DNA of 64,000 nucleotides from Albugo candida (lineage: Eukaryota). Both the position numbers and the translations under genes were made by a program. Where the stretch lies: the NCBI GenBank assembly GCA_040437565.1, contig JBDOQK010000066.1, positions 1 through 64,000 of the forward strand. The letters run 5' to 3'. Within the stretch, counting starts at the first letter, position 1. The number at the start of each line of letters is the position of its first letter. Under the pieces are notes generated by a model, which had not been told where the DNA came from, did not search any database, and was given only the letters and a program-made list of their open reading frames with translations. Shown here piece after piece: positions 1 to 13,802 of this stretch.

Positions 1-3000
1 TTATTCATTATACTGTATTAAGCATTCCTGACTGTATACGTCGTATCAAGTGCTCATTATTGAAGTATATGGTGTTTTACTAGGGTCATTACCTCACCAC
101 AAATAAGTCTGTAGCTGCAAAATGTTTTTTACATGCCGCTCTCGCTACATCCGAGCTACTAAAGACCGTCAACATCAATCATTCTTGCTACTTGTTTGAC
201 ATCATGAGGAAGACAATTCGAAACCCAAAATATCTCAGCTTCGAAGGTCTGCTTATTTCACGTCACTTCTATCACTTGCATCATCATGTTCAAATGTCAC
301 AAGCCTTCACGTACTCTTCTGTTACAGGATGAGACAAGTCTTTCACATAGATCGGCACGCGACGACAAGAACTATCCGGAGGGCGAAAATAATCTTCCTC
401 CTTCTGAAAGAAATAGTCAATTTGAGTTTTATCGTGATGAGATTATTTTACGATGCTTTTGTATACCTAGGGCACTGGACTGGTTTACTTCTTAGCGCAT
501 ATAGACCATAAGACTCGGCTCAATATCATTCATGTATCTAAATCCAACTTCTATCTTGTGTACTCCTTGCAAAACAACAGGGCCGAACGATATACTCAAT
601 CTGTTCACCACGATAAAAAAAAGTCTTCTTGAAGTTCCCTCCAATAAGATGAATTTACTTTCTTTTTGAGACGTGGACGGAGCATAGAAGGTGGGTTCGT
701 TTTCCCTCGGTGAAGACGGAGTGGAAATGTACCAGCGCGGTTTTCGTGATTATGCCATGCGTTGGAGACTAGGATTATTCACTCAGTATGTTCCGAATAT
801 AATTGTCGAGCTACTAATCAAGATTTCAAGATTTCGAGAGGTAGAAGAGAAATTTCTTGTATTTATCAGCTATATAATATGGGGTAACTCAGACCAATCC
901 AGCACCGTCTGTAATTTGACAACATTCGAAGCACACTTTTGGTACGTTTGATACCAGTGTCCTAGTAAAGATGAACGCATTCAACAAGCAGAAATACTAG
1001 ATCAGCTAGCATAGAAAGTCTGGATGGTGCTTTTTCCCCAGTTCTCATTCCTTAAAAACGGGTTGGTTCTGGATTCTATGCATTTGTAATCCGATGCTCT
1101 TTAAATAGAATTACAATGTTTCTCCACCAAATGTGTGGAGTATCAAAATGATAAAAATGCTGCGTGTGAAGGTTGTTCATGTGTTCTCCTGCTGACACAA
1201 GAGATATTGCAGCTTCCTCATGCCGCAGTGATACTAGACTATTTTCATCTGTAATGTATATCAATTGTCCGAAATACATTACTTCAATGCATACTCGCAC
1301 CACCAGGTCGAATTGCGCTACCCATTCAAGAGTAAAATCTGAGGTGCACTTGCGTGCCCCACCATTCTCACAGCTATGATTGTCGAGGGTGAAAAAACAA
1401 GCGAATGATCCTTTCTTGAAGAGTTGATCCACAACTTCAGTCATCTGAGTCCGCTTGCCTTGATCGTAACGTGCCTCCAAATTGCAGAATATGGCCACTT
1501 ATCGTGACGTATACTACCAAATTGTCGAAGTTGCCGATCGCGATTCGAACAATAGATAAAACGATCGCTCCAGACGAATTGCAGTGTCACCACCCGCGGT
1601 ATAAACATAAGTCAGATAAAATCCGTTGATGTCCTTCTCATTCCAACCTGATCTTAGGCTCAGAAAAATTCAGCATTCGTCAAGCGCAACCAGGAGCTAC
1701 TAATCTGACACATTTAGGAAGCTCCAATCGTAATTGTATAGCATATTCACACACGAAGGCTAAAAGAAAAATATGAAGTTGGGTTGAACATCTTTGCAGA
1801 CCGTGGTAGAGATCTAACTCGAAGAGTCCAAAAAGTTATTCGTGGATATGCATCTTGTAGTATTGGTAGTACAAGATGTCGAAGATGCCTTGATGTAGCC
1901 ATAAATGCCCGAATTTGTTCATTTTCTGTAGCTCTAGATCTTTCCCGATATAATAATGGATTCTTCTTGCTTCGGAGGCTTCGAAACGATTTTCGATGCT
2001 TGTACGACCGATTTTGAATGATGACACCAATGGTCAAGTAAATACGCTGCTCCAGCTGGTGAAGTCGTAATCGGGTCGGCTCACCAACCTACCTCTTCAA
2101 GCATAGCCGATTTACCAACTTCTAGTTCGCTGCTAAATTGGTCCGAAAAGGTTTCTTCGTCGGCGATCTCGCTGTCCGGGAAAGAAAGTGACAACTTGGA
2201 TTACGAGTAGCAAATTTGAAATACAGTAATTTGTTTCCATAAAACCACATGGTTAGTCCATGTAGTATTGGCAGCGTTGTTGCAATATATATGGAGGGAC
2301 ATTCCGAATTCCTGTATCCAGCAAGAAGATATGTACTTCTATATGTACTTCTATCATCCAATCCTCTCATCTTCGCCAGGTGTGGCTCGCTTCGTTTCGA
2401 AGTACTTCAAAAGAAACGAAAATTGGGACCATACCAACTTGACGGGATACTTCATCATAATTATCAAGCCAGAAAATCAAGGTACGTGATAATTTCGAGT
2501 TCTCATTAACTAGTAAATGAGCGCGTTCACCTAATTGAAATTGCAGTAGTTTTGAAGCTTGCAGTGACATCATTCAACCTCTTATCCTTTTACTTGATAA
2601 GGATGTTGCAAAATCGCGTGCTCTGAACTGACGTGGTTGACTAAAAAAACCCATAAGCGCTCAAGTATTCTCTTATCACGTCCGATGATCCCTAAAGACT
2701 GGCCATAAACCATGTAGCATACATTTTGAGATGATGCAGATTTCTTCATAATAATGATTACCATTCCGGTGTAGCAGTAGCACACAACGGAGAGGGCACC
2801 ATCAAGAACAGAGCATGGTTCTTGAAACATTCTACTTTTTCTGTACAATTACAAACGAAGTTAAATCTACCTGCTTGAAAACTCACGTAATAATGTTCAA
2901 TATGTTGAAACATTCATCGTGCGTAGCTGGGTAATCGTCGTGCAAACGTAAACCATACTTTCCAAGCAAGTCAGTAGTGCGAATTTGGTTTAACAACTTT

Positions 3001-5349
3001 GGTTGAAGACGTTCCGCTTCTAATCGTATTTTTCCCATCTCAAAATATTTTCAATATGGCAATCCTTTTAGAAGCATTTCGTTGGGCTCGGCTTGTGTGT
3101 TTAATTGCGGTCACTCGACCATGGAGCAGTTGATTGATCCTCTACGCGAAATGAATACTTGGAAGAGAAGCATTTTTTTGGTATATCATGAATTATTGGC
3201 TTTACCGCACGGGTCTCAATAAATTACAGTTTGTGACCTCGAATATGGTATACGTGAGATTGCCAATGTAGCTTCTATACGGCTCTTGCGTTCGAAAGCA
3301 CTAATCACCGTAAACAAGGCTATCATGAATCAAATTTGATTGGCATGATACGTCATCTCCTATTTACGGAGAGTACAATCAAGTCGAGTATCATGAGCAT
3401 CATCCTCAATACGCTTCCAGACAGGATGTATGGCTGAAGCTCTTTTGTCGAAATACTGGAGATGGCCACCGTGTGAATACAAGAACTACATGCCTCAGGC
3501 AAAACATGCGTGTGGAGTCACAATGCAGTGGCTATAGAATATATAACATTTCTTAATTACAAAGTCTTCAGTCGCGTCTTCGTGAATCTCACTTTGATCC
3601 TTCTTAGTTGGTCATACCAACTCCGTTTTTTTTACTTACTTTTGAGGGCTTCGTGCTTCTTACGACGACGGTAATCGTCACTTTTGATTTTTTTTCCTTC
3701 TGAAAGAAATTATAACGTCAAACCACAAGCGTAATGAATCCGAGTCAAAATGTACGGTCGATTGACTTGATCGAATCAAATCCAAACTACTACTTACTTC
3801 CCGTCTCCATTGAGGCTTTTGTAATAACATTTCAAACTGACATATTCGATCTAAGAGCATTACAATTTACCAAACGTGGTTTCTGTGAATTGAGCGTTGG
3901 AACAACTTCATATCCAAGTAGTGCATTAAATGTTCTTATGAAATGATGCTGCGTCAAAAGATTTGATGATACGTAGCGGTTTTCATCTCATTTGTGACAG
4001 CATTCTCTGCACAAGATTGTATTGTTGAAGGGTTCCCTTCATTCAGTCGAATATGTTGAAGTCCATGATGGTTGTATCTAGGGCCATCTTATAGACCACA
4101 TGGGAATGTACACGTGCTCCACAAAATGGAATGCCCACTTTGAACTGGATTTTGGTAAATGGAACTTATCCGATCTCACTCACACAGATCTCATACATTT
4201 ACCATCACATTGCCATTTCTCATCAAGCTGAAATTAACTACGAGATATGACAGGATTTGTAGTGATTGCGATTTGACCTAGAGTTGCGTCAGGGCTGTAT
4301 GACTAGTATTGACTATAGCATGCAGCAATGTATCCTAGCGGTACCTCAATAATCACCCGAATACGCGGAACTTTAACGATTTTTATGCTCTTAATTGATT
4401 TCTTGTAGGCAGACAGCAAGTACAACAAATTTGTGCTTATCACCGCTTTATGCAACAAGAAGGAAAAATTGAAACTTTCTGATGTACAAGCGAGCCATCC
4501 AGTAACCCACTTTTGTCTTTTTCACTACTAAAATATCTCACTGTTCTCTAGAGCGGAGCCTTCTACATTTCTCTATTTCTTCATTTTGGATGGGAACACA
4601 TACAGAATTTTCATGGCCACTCTTTCGATCTTCAATATTCGTCGATCTCAATCCCGCACACTCGACTGTCGCAAGAAAAAGCTCGCTTATAGATTTGCCA
4701 CATAGCCAATACTGGTCGTTAACTTCAATTTTAAGATTTAGACATTAAAGATCTTACCGAGTCGATCTTATCACATGATGCTATAGTGAAGCAACTACCG
4801 TTTTACAATTGCATTTTCCGGAAAGAATTTTTATGATGGTAAGTCATTACAGCATTATCATAAGCGTGGCTGCTCTGGTTCCTACTCGATGTCTGAATCC
4901 TTGCTTGGATAGACGTCGCGGACAAATCACATAATCTTTCGTCCAGCTATTTCAACAGCTATTAAAATTCAAGTTGATTTGAAGGGCTTCTCTCGTCATA
5001 TTACACTACACAGTGTGACCACGTCGAAGGCTTGGTGGCATTTGGCAGCAGCCCGTAAGACAATGGTTTTGCATTCGGACTGGGTAATGCTGCACGAAGC
5101 ATGAGTCAAAGTAATGATCGTGTACAGCAGCCATTCTCTCAATTTATTCACAGCATTGCATTTCCACATCAATCGATTTGGTGCATCAGCGTTCACTCAA
5201 GCTGTATGTCGTCTTCGAAAATCTCAATAAGTGTGACAATGTTACATTAATGACCCCTGCCAGACTCAATACCATCATCACATCTTGGCATACATTCCAT
5301 CATCAAAGAAAGAGCCTACCTCCGGAGCTACAGGAAATAACAATTTGAT

Positions 5350-5937
5350 GAAGAATCGATTTTCTATGCAGTAGATCGCAAATACATCCGAGCGTTGAAT
5401 CGGTACGGAGTGCAGGGAACCGTTCGGTGGCTTTACACTTTGGGCGATGTGAAATTTGGATATTATGCGGGCACAGATCGCCTCGGGAGTAAACACTATG
5501 AAGATCGAACTGAATTCGCCGATCAAGGGCGACACTGCGAGTACCATATTGATTCATTAGATAATTTCGACGGCGATCAGATCCCACCAGAGTGGCATGC
5601 TTGGCTGCACAACGGACGTCAAACCCGGCGATGAGGCCTTCAAGGTTGGAAACATGCTGCACAAATGGTTTTTTCAATTCTATTCATTTGTAGGCAGAAA
5701 ACTGGGCCAAAATACCGATTTCGCAAAAAAGGAGACATCTTTTCAACACCATGTTGGTCCAACCGAAGCTTTGTTACGCAAGACTCTTCTAAAATAACAA
5801 GAGGATACAACTCTGAACATTTTATGCCCAAGCTAGGGGAGCCAGATCAATACTATCTGCAACCATATCACCCGCTTCGTTGTCGCAAATGTTCCAATCA
5901 GATTTTCGAACATGTTGACTGCAATGACCCAGAATAG
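5350..5937 (+). pseudogene. NDUFA12: NADH:ubiquinone oxidoreductase subunit NDUFA12 (B17.2)-like gene, disrupted copy 1
   Basis: Translation contains GDVKFGYYAGTDRLGSKHYED and DGDQIPPEWHAWLH, typical family motifs. There is a frameshift after WLH (about 5610) relative to the paralog at 62 kb, and a GT..AG intron at about 5645-5692. The start codon is not clear. Confidence 0.75.
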
Positions 5938-7111
5938 AGTTCCAAATGTCTCCGGACTGTTACGTGATGCATTACTCAATTAATAATTGGTAAATCAAAT
6001 AAAGCGTATAATCGGTTTGAAAGAGCTGTTACTATCCGCAGCCCATGCTGGGAGCCCCAGGAAAACACATCAACACCATGACAATGTATCACCATCTTTG
6101 CGAGTATTTCAAGTAGCGTTTGGATGCTGAGATTTCGGTTGTATCTGCGATCACCACAATGCATTTGGCTTTTGATGTACAAGTCGAGAAGGAATTAGAC
6201 AAAATCGGACATATTCAAAGCGACAGGCGATCACAAGCACTTATGACTTCAGATTTGGTATGCTTTGTATGAAATGTCATCATGGATATTCGCATATCTT
6301 ACCAGTAAAACACAAACAGCCCGCTAGCAATCTAGTGAGAAGTCTTTCGAACTTCCATACGAGATGGAAAATCAGACTTCCACTGCGAAAGCAGACTCTC
6401 CAGCATATTCGTTAGTTCCATGACGTCGGGGCTTAAACGTTCTTGACAATCGATGTAAGTTTGCTGGATCAACGAATCAGTGACATTTCTATGCCCTATA
6501 CTGCACAAATGCGATGCATTATATGAGGGATACCTTGGAAAACATTAGTGCTTTTATATATCCAGAGCATCGTCTTGTATGAAGATGGTACAAAGGATCA
6601 AGAATCATTATACATTGACACGCGATCGATCAAATGTGATCAATATATATGTGCCATCATTTGGTCCAACGGAAACATAGTATGTAAGAAATACGCTGTC
6701 ATTGCTTGAGGCGTCAGATAAAGTGTACAGAATAGGATTGTGCTTCCGAGAAGCCGAGTTCGGAGCAATAGTGCGCGTAGCCATTCACGTGATTATGATT
6801 CACACCTGACTTGAGTCTAGCGCTTTTGGAAATGGCGATATCATTGTCAACCAAAGATTTACTACAAAAATCACATGGTGTTGAAATTCCACACCTTATA
6901 CAAGCACAAATCAAACGTGGCTATGCAGGTCATGTCTCAACGAAAAAGGTTCTTTTCTACATCTACATACCCACGGAATATTCCTGGAAGAAGTAAGAAA
7001 CCTTCAAGAATGCTCCAGGAAATCTGATGTCTTCACCCAGAATCATCACATTCACAACTCGATTGCCATTTTCGGTTTTACTTCATACAGCAGAGATACA
7101 ATCACTTTAGC

Positions 7112-7842
7112 ATGATGAAGTCACTGATCGTCCTTCAATTCCTCTCGTCTTTATGCCTCATCGCATCAGCACATAACGAGGACATTAATGTCGCAGGTGT
7201 TACAGTGCTGAAGAATTCTTCAGCTTTAGCAATCAAAAATAAGGCACTACAAAACAATTCCATCGCATTTATNNNNNNNNNNNNNNNNNNNNNNNNNNNN
7301 NNNNNNNNNNNNNNNNNNNNNNNNNNNNNNNNNNNNNNNNNNNNNNNNNNNNNNNNNNNNNNNNNNNNNNNNAGGAGTCGAACGAACAGGCCGAGGACAT
7401 TAACGTTGCGGGGATCACTACACTGAAGAATTCTTCAGCTTTGGCGATCAAAAATAAGGCATTGCAACATAATGCTATCGCTTTTATTGGTAACAATGTG
7501 GCCATTCAAAAGCAGTCTGAAATCGAAAAAGAGTCGGCCGAACAGGTTCCTGCTGGAGTTGAGTTGCTTCCCAATGAAAAAGACGTTTTGATTATGCCAC
7601 AAGAGGTGGACTCAGAACAAGTTAGCGATTTGGAAGCTATTCAGCGAGAAGATGGCATTTCAGATTCCGAACAAGGAACGTTTGGACCGTCTTATCGTGT
7701 CCGCTTCCGTTTCCGTCATCCCCAATTCGGATTCCGTTATGGATACCGCTATCCAATTTGGTACTGGCGACGTTTTGGTCATCGATTCTATCCCGCCCGA
7801 TGTTACTTTGGACGACAATTTGGTGACTTTTATTATTGTTAA
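7112..7842 (+). CDS. Secreted repeat protein with cationic aromatic C-terminal peptide (candidate effector or antimicrobial precursor)
   Basis: Signal peptide MMKSLIVLQFLSSLCLIASA, two ~53-aa repeats (EDINVAG..KNSSALAIKNKALQ.NAIAFIGNN), an acidic spacer and an R/F/Y/W-rich tail ending YYC*. It spans the N-gap 7273-7372; the paralog at 60084-60755 shows the frame is continuous. Confidence 0.8.
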
Positions 7843-9264
7843 ATCATCGCATCGGCAATTTGATGTGAAGTATCGTATATCTGTAATTGGAATAAAGTTG
7901 TTGTTTGTCCTTTGATATCATTCACTGTCGTCGCTGATTTGGCTGATCGTGTTGAGACGATACGCATTCGCTTACGATGATCAAGATACCATCACTCACG
8001 CAGGTCTATTTGGCTTCGAGCGCTTCTTCATGTATTAAAGGTATTGTTTGGCTTCTACCGATGTGGTGAACAACTAAGAGCGTCGACAGATGACGGCATG
8101 CGACTTCAGGAGGGCGACGGTCAACAAACCAACATTGCACTTAATTTGCACGAAAAGCTGGATATGCCATCTGACAGCTCGGCTTCAGCTCTTAGATGGC
8201 GTGAGAACGTGCGTAGTTAAACGATCGATTTGCGGTCCTTTATCACATCAAAAATAGTAGGATGTCCAACAAAGTTTCGAAAAATTCGGCTGTGGGAAGC
8301 TTTAGGATTCTTCTGTATCTAATGCATGAGCAGACTGAGAATGTCCAGAAATAGTAACCACTGACTCGCATGCCAATTCATCAATGAAGAAGCGAATAAA
8401 AAGCATCAGATGAAAGGATGGTTTTCAGACTTTTACGTAGTTGAAGCATCGTATCATGTATGAACGTTGTCCATGCTCGATACATCAGGCATAGAAGAAA
8501 AGCTTATGCTGTCAAATTATTGGGTTTTGCGCTGGTATATTAGTACAAGAATGATTAGACGGGTCAGAGGATATGGATGACGCAGATGCGGATTGATTAC
8601 AGCTACAAGCGACAGTGCTGTATATACAATAAATGGTGTCCGCGAGATGTGCTTGTCTCAAAGGCGCTTGGGACATAACAGGTGCAGAGCGGGCTCACAC
8701 AGACATATGAACAGCTTGTCTTTTTTCCAACGTTTGAACGTCCCGCTTGGATAGTAGTCCTATGAAAATAAAATGTCAGACAGCACACCTCATAATAGTC
8801 TAGTTTCCAGTATGCAGATTGCGCGTAAGAAAAGGTTTTGGCTGGATAGCTTTGCAGGCGAAAAAGAAACAGATATGAAGCTGTCGGACGAGGCATTTTT
8901 CTATCGGTTGGCGTTGCTCATCCCTCCAAGCGATCCATCGAAAGATCTCATCTTATTCAACACTACCAGATGTGGGGCGGAGAGGTGGCAACTTGGTAGA
9001 TTTAAAGTCAATTATCGTTTTGACGACTCACTTTTACAATTAGGTCATATAATCACTTTTTCGATATGCCCATGATGACACTACAGCAGTCAAAGAATAT
9101 GTATACTATTCAACGATAGCTGAATGGTCATGCGCTTCTTCTACTTGATGTCTATTTTGACCAAGAGACTTCCCGGTAGAGTAGAGTCTCTAATCCGCGC
9201 GATCCTACTTTCCATTATAGAACCGTAATGAGAAAAAGGAACGCGATTCGTTCGACGGAACGAG

Positions 9265-12200
9265 CTCTGCAATTCGCTGTTCAGCTTCAGCCTCTCTAAG
9301 CGCTTCTTCAAAAGTTGCAAAATCCGATGAGCATTGACTGCACGTGCTAATAAGACGAACGAAACCACCCGTGTTTGGTCCATTCAAACGCAACTATCCC
9401 GCTGCCCCTCCACCGCACCACGTTTTGTTTATTCTTCCTTCGCTAATACGACATGAGCTATTGCAACCCACGAAAGTATGGAATCTGAATCTGTAGCTGA
9501 ATGAGTTCTTTCACACGCTTCTCGGCCTTCTTCCTCATACTATCTGTAAGTTTTCGATTGATCGCTTCTAACTTCTTTATTCGCTCGTCAGGAAGTCCAC
9601 CTTTTCGTCCCATTTCCGTAGCTTTCATTTCAGAAGTAAGAGTTGTGACCTTCATTTTCGGTAGTTTCGTTAAGGTTTTCCATGGTGCGAGGGCTTTATC
9701 ATCTCGCCTATCCGATTCAGTACAGTGTTTGTATAGGATTGGATACTTGACTACCTAACGAATGATGTTACAGCACGGTTGTATAAAACGTAACAGAGAT
9801 TGTGTGTTAACATCGCGTTGCTCTTTGAACAAAACTGAATTTGTATGTGTGTTAAGGATGCAGTGCCGTGTTATACACCCAAGTTTATCGTTACTTGGTT
9901 GAACTTGCATTTTGACTGGAAAGTTACATACGGGTAACCATCAAAAAAAAGTAATGAAAATGAATTGCATGTTGGAATTCTGATCGACTTTGTTGAGGAA
10001 TAGTTGACAAACGCCTAATGGTAGGATGACTTCAGTGCCGCACTAACCGCAGTGATCTTATTGTAGAGTAAGCGTCATTAAGCATGGACGGATTTGGAAG
10101 AGAGGTTCAAAGCATTTTTGATTTTTAGAATTATCCCAGCCATGTGGGATTTTGATCACAGCTCTAAGGCCTCCAAATCTGAGGGGGTCCTTGAACATAA
10201 GTAAATTTGTACGTTCTCTCCGTAGGCAACAAACGCGAACGTTGCCAGCTTGTCCGTGCTGTTAAGGCATTAGGTGTTTGTGTTACAACTTTATGAAACG
10301 AAAAGACAGATACCTTTTCTTGAAGTCACCTTAGGGGTTCAAGTTGACAGCTTTCGTCTGCCTTCTTAGTTATTTACATACCTTCAGCATTGGAATAGCG
10401 TGGCGATCAGAGCAACGCGTTTTGCTCTATTTCTATGCATCTAATTTTCTTCATTTATTACCATCTATAGCCGCAACAACCTCGATGATAAAGAAAGCGC
10501 AGGAAGAATTTCACAACCTGTACAGCTGACCAAAATTTGCGCATTTTTACTGATTGTGATTTCGTACATCACTGCCCTTTCACATGCATTGAGAAAACAA
10601 TGACGCTGCGATGATCTTGTATCAAAGAGCATTTTTCTCGCAGCTGTGTATATTTCCAACCTATCGGTATACTGTGATGCAAGACCTTCATTCCCTTCAA
10701 CATGTCCGTACTACTCGCAAAGAAAGTAACGCAAGATATGACAATCTATCACCTCGAGTTACCATTTTCCACTGCAGCAGTGGGCTATTCTCAGCGTTGA
10801 TCAATAAGTAGCCACAATTCATTGCGCGTAGCTGCTTACTGAGACAGTTCTAGTAATTTTTCATCAATGTTACGAACCCCCGAGGGTATGCGACGAGATC
10901 AAGTAAATGACATCTCCGTCCACGAAGGTACTTTTGGCTAAACGCGACGTGATACCTCGCTCCAACACATGCAAGGATCCAGCTGCAATAGCTCATGTCC
11001 ATACTATTTTCGACATGTCCACATTAAAGCTGCACAATGAAATAGCAGCTGTATCATTCGAAGATAACTGAACGAGCATGCGCTGCTCCTACTTGATCGA
11101 TCCATCGGATTTGGATTACCATATTGAAACAGAAATAGCCGATGAACAAAGAGTCACTCGATTGGATAAACATGTTGCTGTTCAACTTCTGAAGCTGATG
11201 AGTATTGGCTGCCCCGCTAATGGGGCGAACGTCATACCATTGACGTGGGTACTTGAATCCATTGAATTAGACTGCAGCTCTTCCACCGCGTAACATTTTG
11301 ATTACCGTTCCTTCCGTATTCTCATGAATCTCGAATGAGCTCTTTGTGCCTCGAAAGTCCAAAATCTGATCTCATAGACGAATGAGGTCGTCCCCATGCT
11401 TCTCCACCTGCTTCTGCAGACTCACTGTGATTTGTTTAATGTTTTGATTCGTCACCACGTACTACGACTTTTCGTTTCCCAACNNNNNNNNNNNNNNNNN
11501 NNNNNNNNNNNNNNNNNNNNNNNNNNNNNNNNNNNNNNNNNNNNNNNNNNNNNNNNNNNNNNNNNNNNNNNNNNNNNNNNNNNCTCTGCAATTCGCTGTT
11601 CAGCTTCAGCCTCTCTAAGCGCTTCTTCAAAAGTTGCAAAATCCGATGAGCATTGACTGCACGTGCTAATAAGACGAACGAAACCACCCGTGTTTGGTCC
11701 ATTCAAACGCAACTATCCCGCTGCCCCTCCACCGCACCACGTTTTGTTTATTCTTCCTTCGCTAATACGACATGAGCTATTGCAACCCACGAAAGTATGG
11801 AATCTGAATCTGTAGCTGAATGAGTTCTTTCACACGCTTCTCGGCCTTCTTCCTCATACTATCTGTAAGTTTTCGATTGATCGCTTCTAACTTCTTTATT
11901 CGCTCGTCAGGAAGTCCACCTTTTCGTCCCATTTCCGTAGCTTTCATTTCAGAAGTAAGAGTTGTGACCTTCATTTTCGGTAGTTTCGTTAAGGTTTTCC
12001 ATGGTGCGAGGGCTTTATCATCTCGCCTATCCGATTCAGTACAGTGTTTGTATAGGATTGGATACTTGACTACCTAACGAATGATGTTACAGCACGGTTG
12101 TATAAAACGTAACAGAGATTGTGTGTTAACATCGCGTTGCTCTTTGAACAAAACTGAATTTGTATGTGTGTTAAGGATGCAGTGCCGTGTTATACACCCA

Positions 12201-13802
12201 AGTTTATCGTTACTTGGTTGAACTTGCATTTTGACTGGAAAGTTACATACGGGTAACCATCAAAAAAAAGTAATGAAAATGAATTGCATGTTGGAATTCT
12301 GATCGACTTTGTTGAGGAATAGTTGACAAACGCCTAATGGTAGGATGACTTCAGTGCCGCACTAACCGCAGTGATCTTATTGTAGAGTAAGCGTCATTAA
12401 GCATGGACGGATTTGGAAGAGAGGTTCAAAGCATTTTTGATTTTTAGAATTATCCCAGCCATGTGGGATTTTGATCACAGCTCTAAGGCCTCCAAATCTG
12501 AGGGGGTCCTTGAACATAAGTAAATTTGTACGTTCTCTCCGTAGGCAACAAACGCGAACGTTGCCAGCTTGTCCGTGCTGTTAAGGCATTAGGTGTTTGT
12601 GTTACAACTTTATGAAACGAAAAGACAGATACCTTTTCTTGAAGTCACCTTAGGGGTTCAAGTTGACAGCTTTCGTCTGCCTTCTTAGTTATTTACATAC
12701 CTTCAGCATTGGAATAGCGTGGCGATCAGAGCAACGCGTTTTGCTCTATTTCTATGCATCTAATTTTCTTCATTTATTACCATCTATAGCCGCAACAACC
12801 TCGATGATAAAGAAAGCGCAGGAAGAATTTCACAACCTGTACAGCTGACCAAAATTTGCGCATTTTTACTGATTGTGATTTCGTACATCACTGCCCTTTC
12901 ACATGCATTGAGAAAACAATGACGCTGCGATGATCTTGTATCAAAGAGCATTTTTCTCGCAGCTGTGTATATTTCCAACCTATCGGTATACTGTGATGCA
13001 AGACCTTCATTCCCTTCAACATGTCCGTACTACTCGCAAAGAAAGTAACGCAAGATATGACAATCTATCACCTCGAGTTACCATTTTCCACTGCAGCAGT
13101 GGGCTATTCTCAGCGTTGATCAATAAGTAGCCACAATTCATTGCGCGTAGCTGCTTACTGAGACAGTTCTAGTAATTTTTCATCAATGTTACGAACCCCC
13201 GAGGGTATGCGACGAGATCAAGTAAATGACATCTCCGTCCACGAAGGTACTTTTGGCTAAACGCGACGTGATACCTCGCTCCAACACATGCAAGGATCCA
13301 GCTGCAATAGCTCATGTCCATACTATTTTCGACATGTCCACATTAAAGCTGCACAATGAAATAGCAGCTGTATCATTCGAAGATAACTGAACGAGCATGC
13401 GCTGCTCCTACTTGATCGATCCATCGGATTTGGATTACCATATTGAAACAGAAATAGCCGATGAACAAAGAGTCACTCGATTGGATAAACATGTTGCTGT
13501 TCAACTTCTGAAGCTGATGAGTATTGGCTGCCCCGCTAATGGGGCGAACGTCATACCATTGACGTGGGTACTTGAATCCATTGAATTAGACTGCAGCTCT
13601 TCCACCGCGTAACATTTTGATTACCGTTCCTTCCGTATTCTCATGAATCTCGAATGAGCTCTTTGTGCCTCGAAAGTCCAAAATCTGATCTCATAGACGA
13701 ATGAGGTCGTCCCCATGCTTCTCCACCTGCTTCTGCAGACTCACTGTGATTTGTTTAATGTTTTGATTCGTCACCACGTACTACGACTTTTCGTTTCCCA
13801 AC
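9265..13802. repeat. Exact direct duplication across N-gap (9265-11483 = 11584-13802); assembly artefact
   Basis: Identical ORF sets offset by 2319 bp on either side of a 100-N gap. Confidence 0.85.

Larger units (their letters stand above)
4170..9440. repeat. Left arm of a diverged inverted segmental duplication (partner about 58570-63780)
   Basis: Reverse-complement matches: GATCTCACTCACACAGATCTCA at 4172 vs about 62917-62938, the NDUFA12 pair, 6811-8100 vs 59830-61060, and 9100-9230 vs 58750-58890. Confidence 0.9.

Noticed and set aside
2328-2353. 12-bp tandem duplication ATATGTACTTCT
   Set aside because: An isolated slippage event with no wider pattern.
700-4000. Possible decayed minus-strand gene, including a WW-like segment WIQEFGMSLHIYCNNAANTTWTNH near 2250-2320
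   Set aside because: Only fragmented frames and no convincing family motif; it cannot be assigned without blastx.
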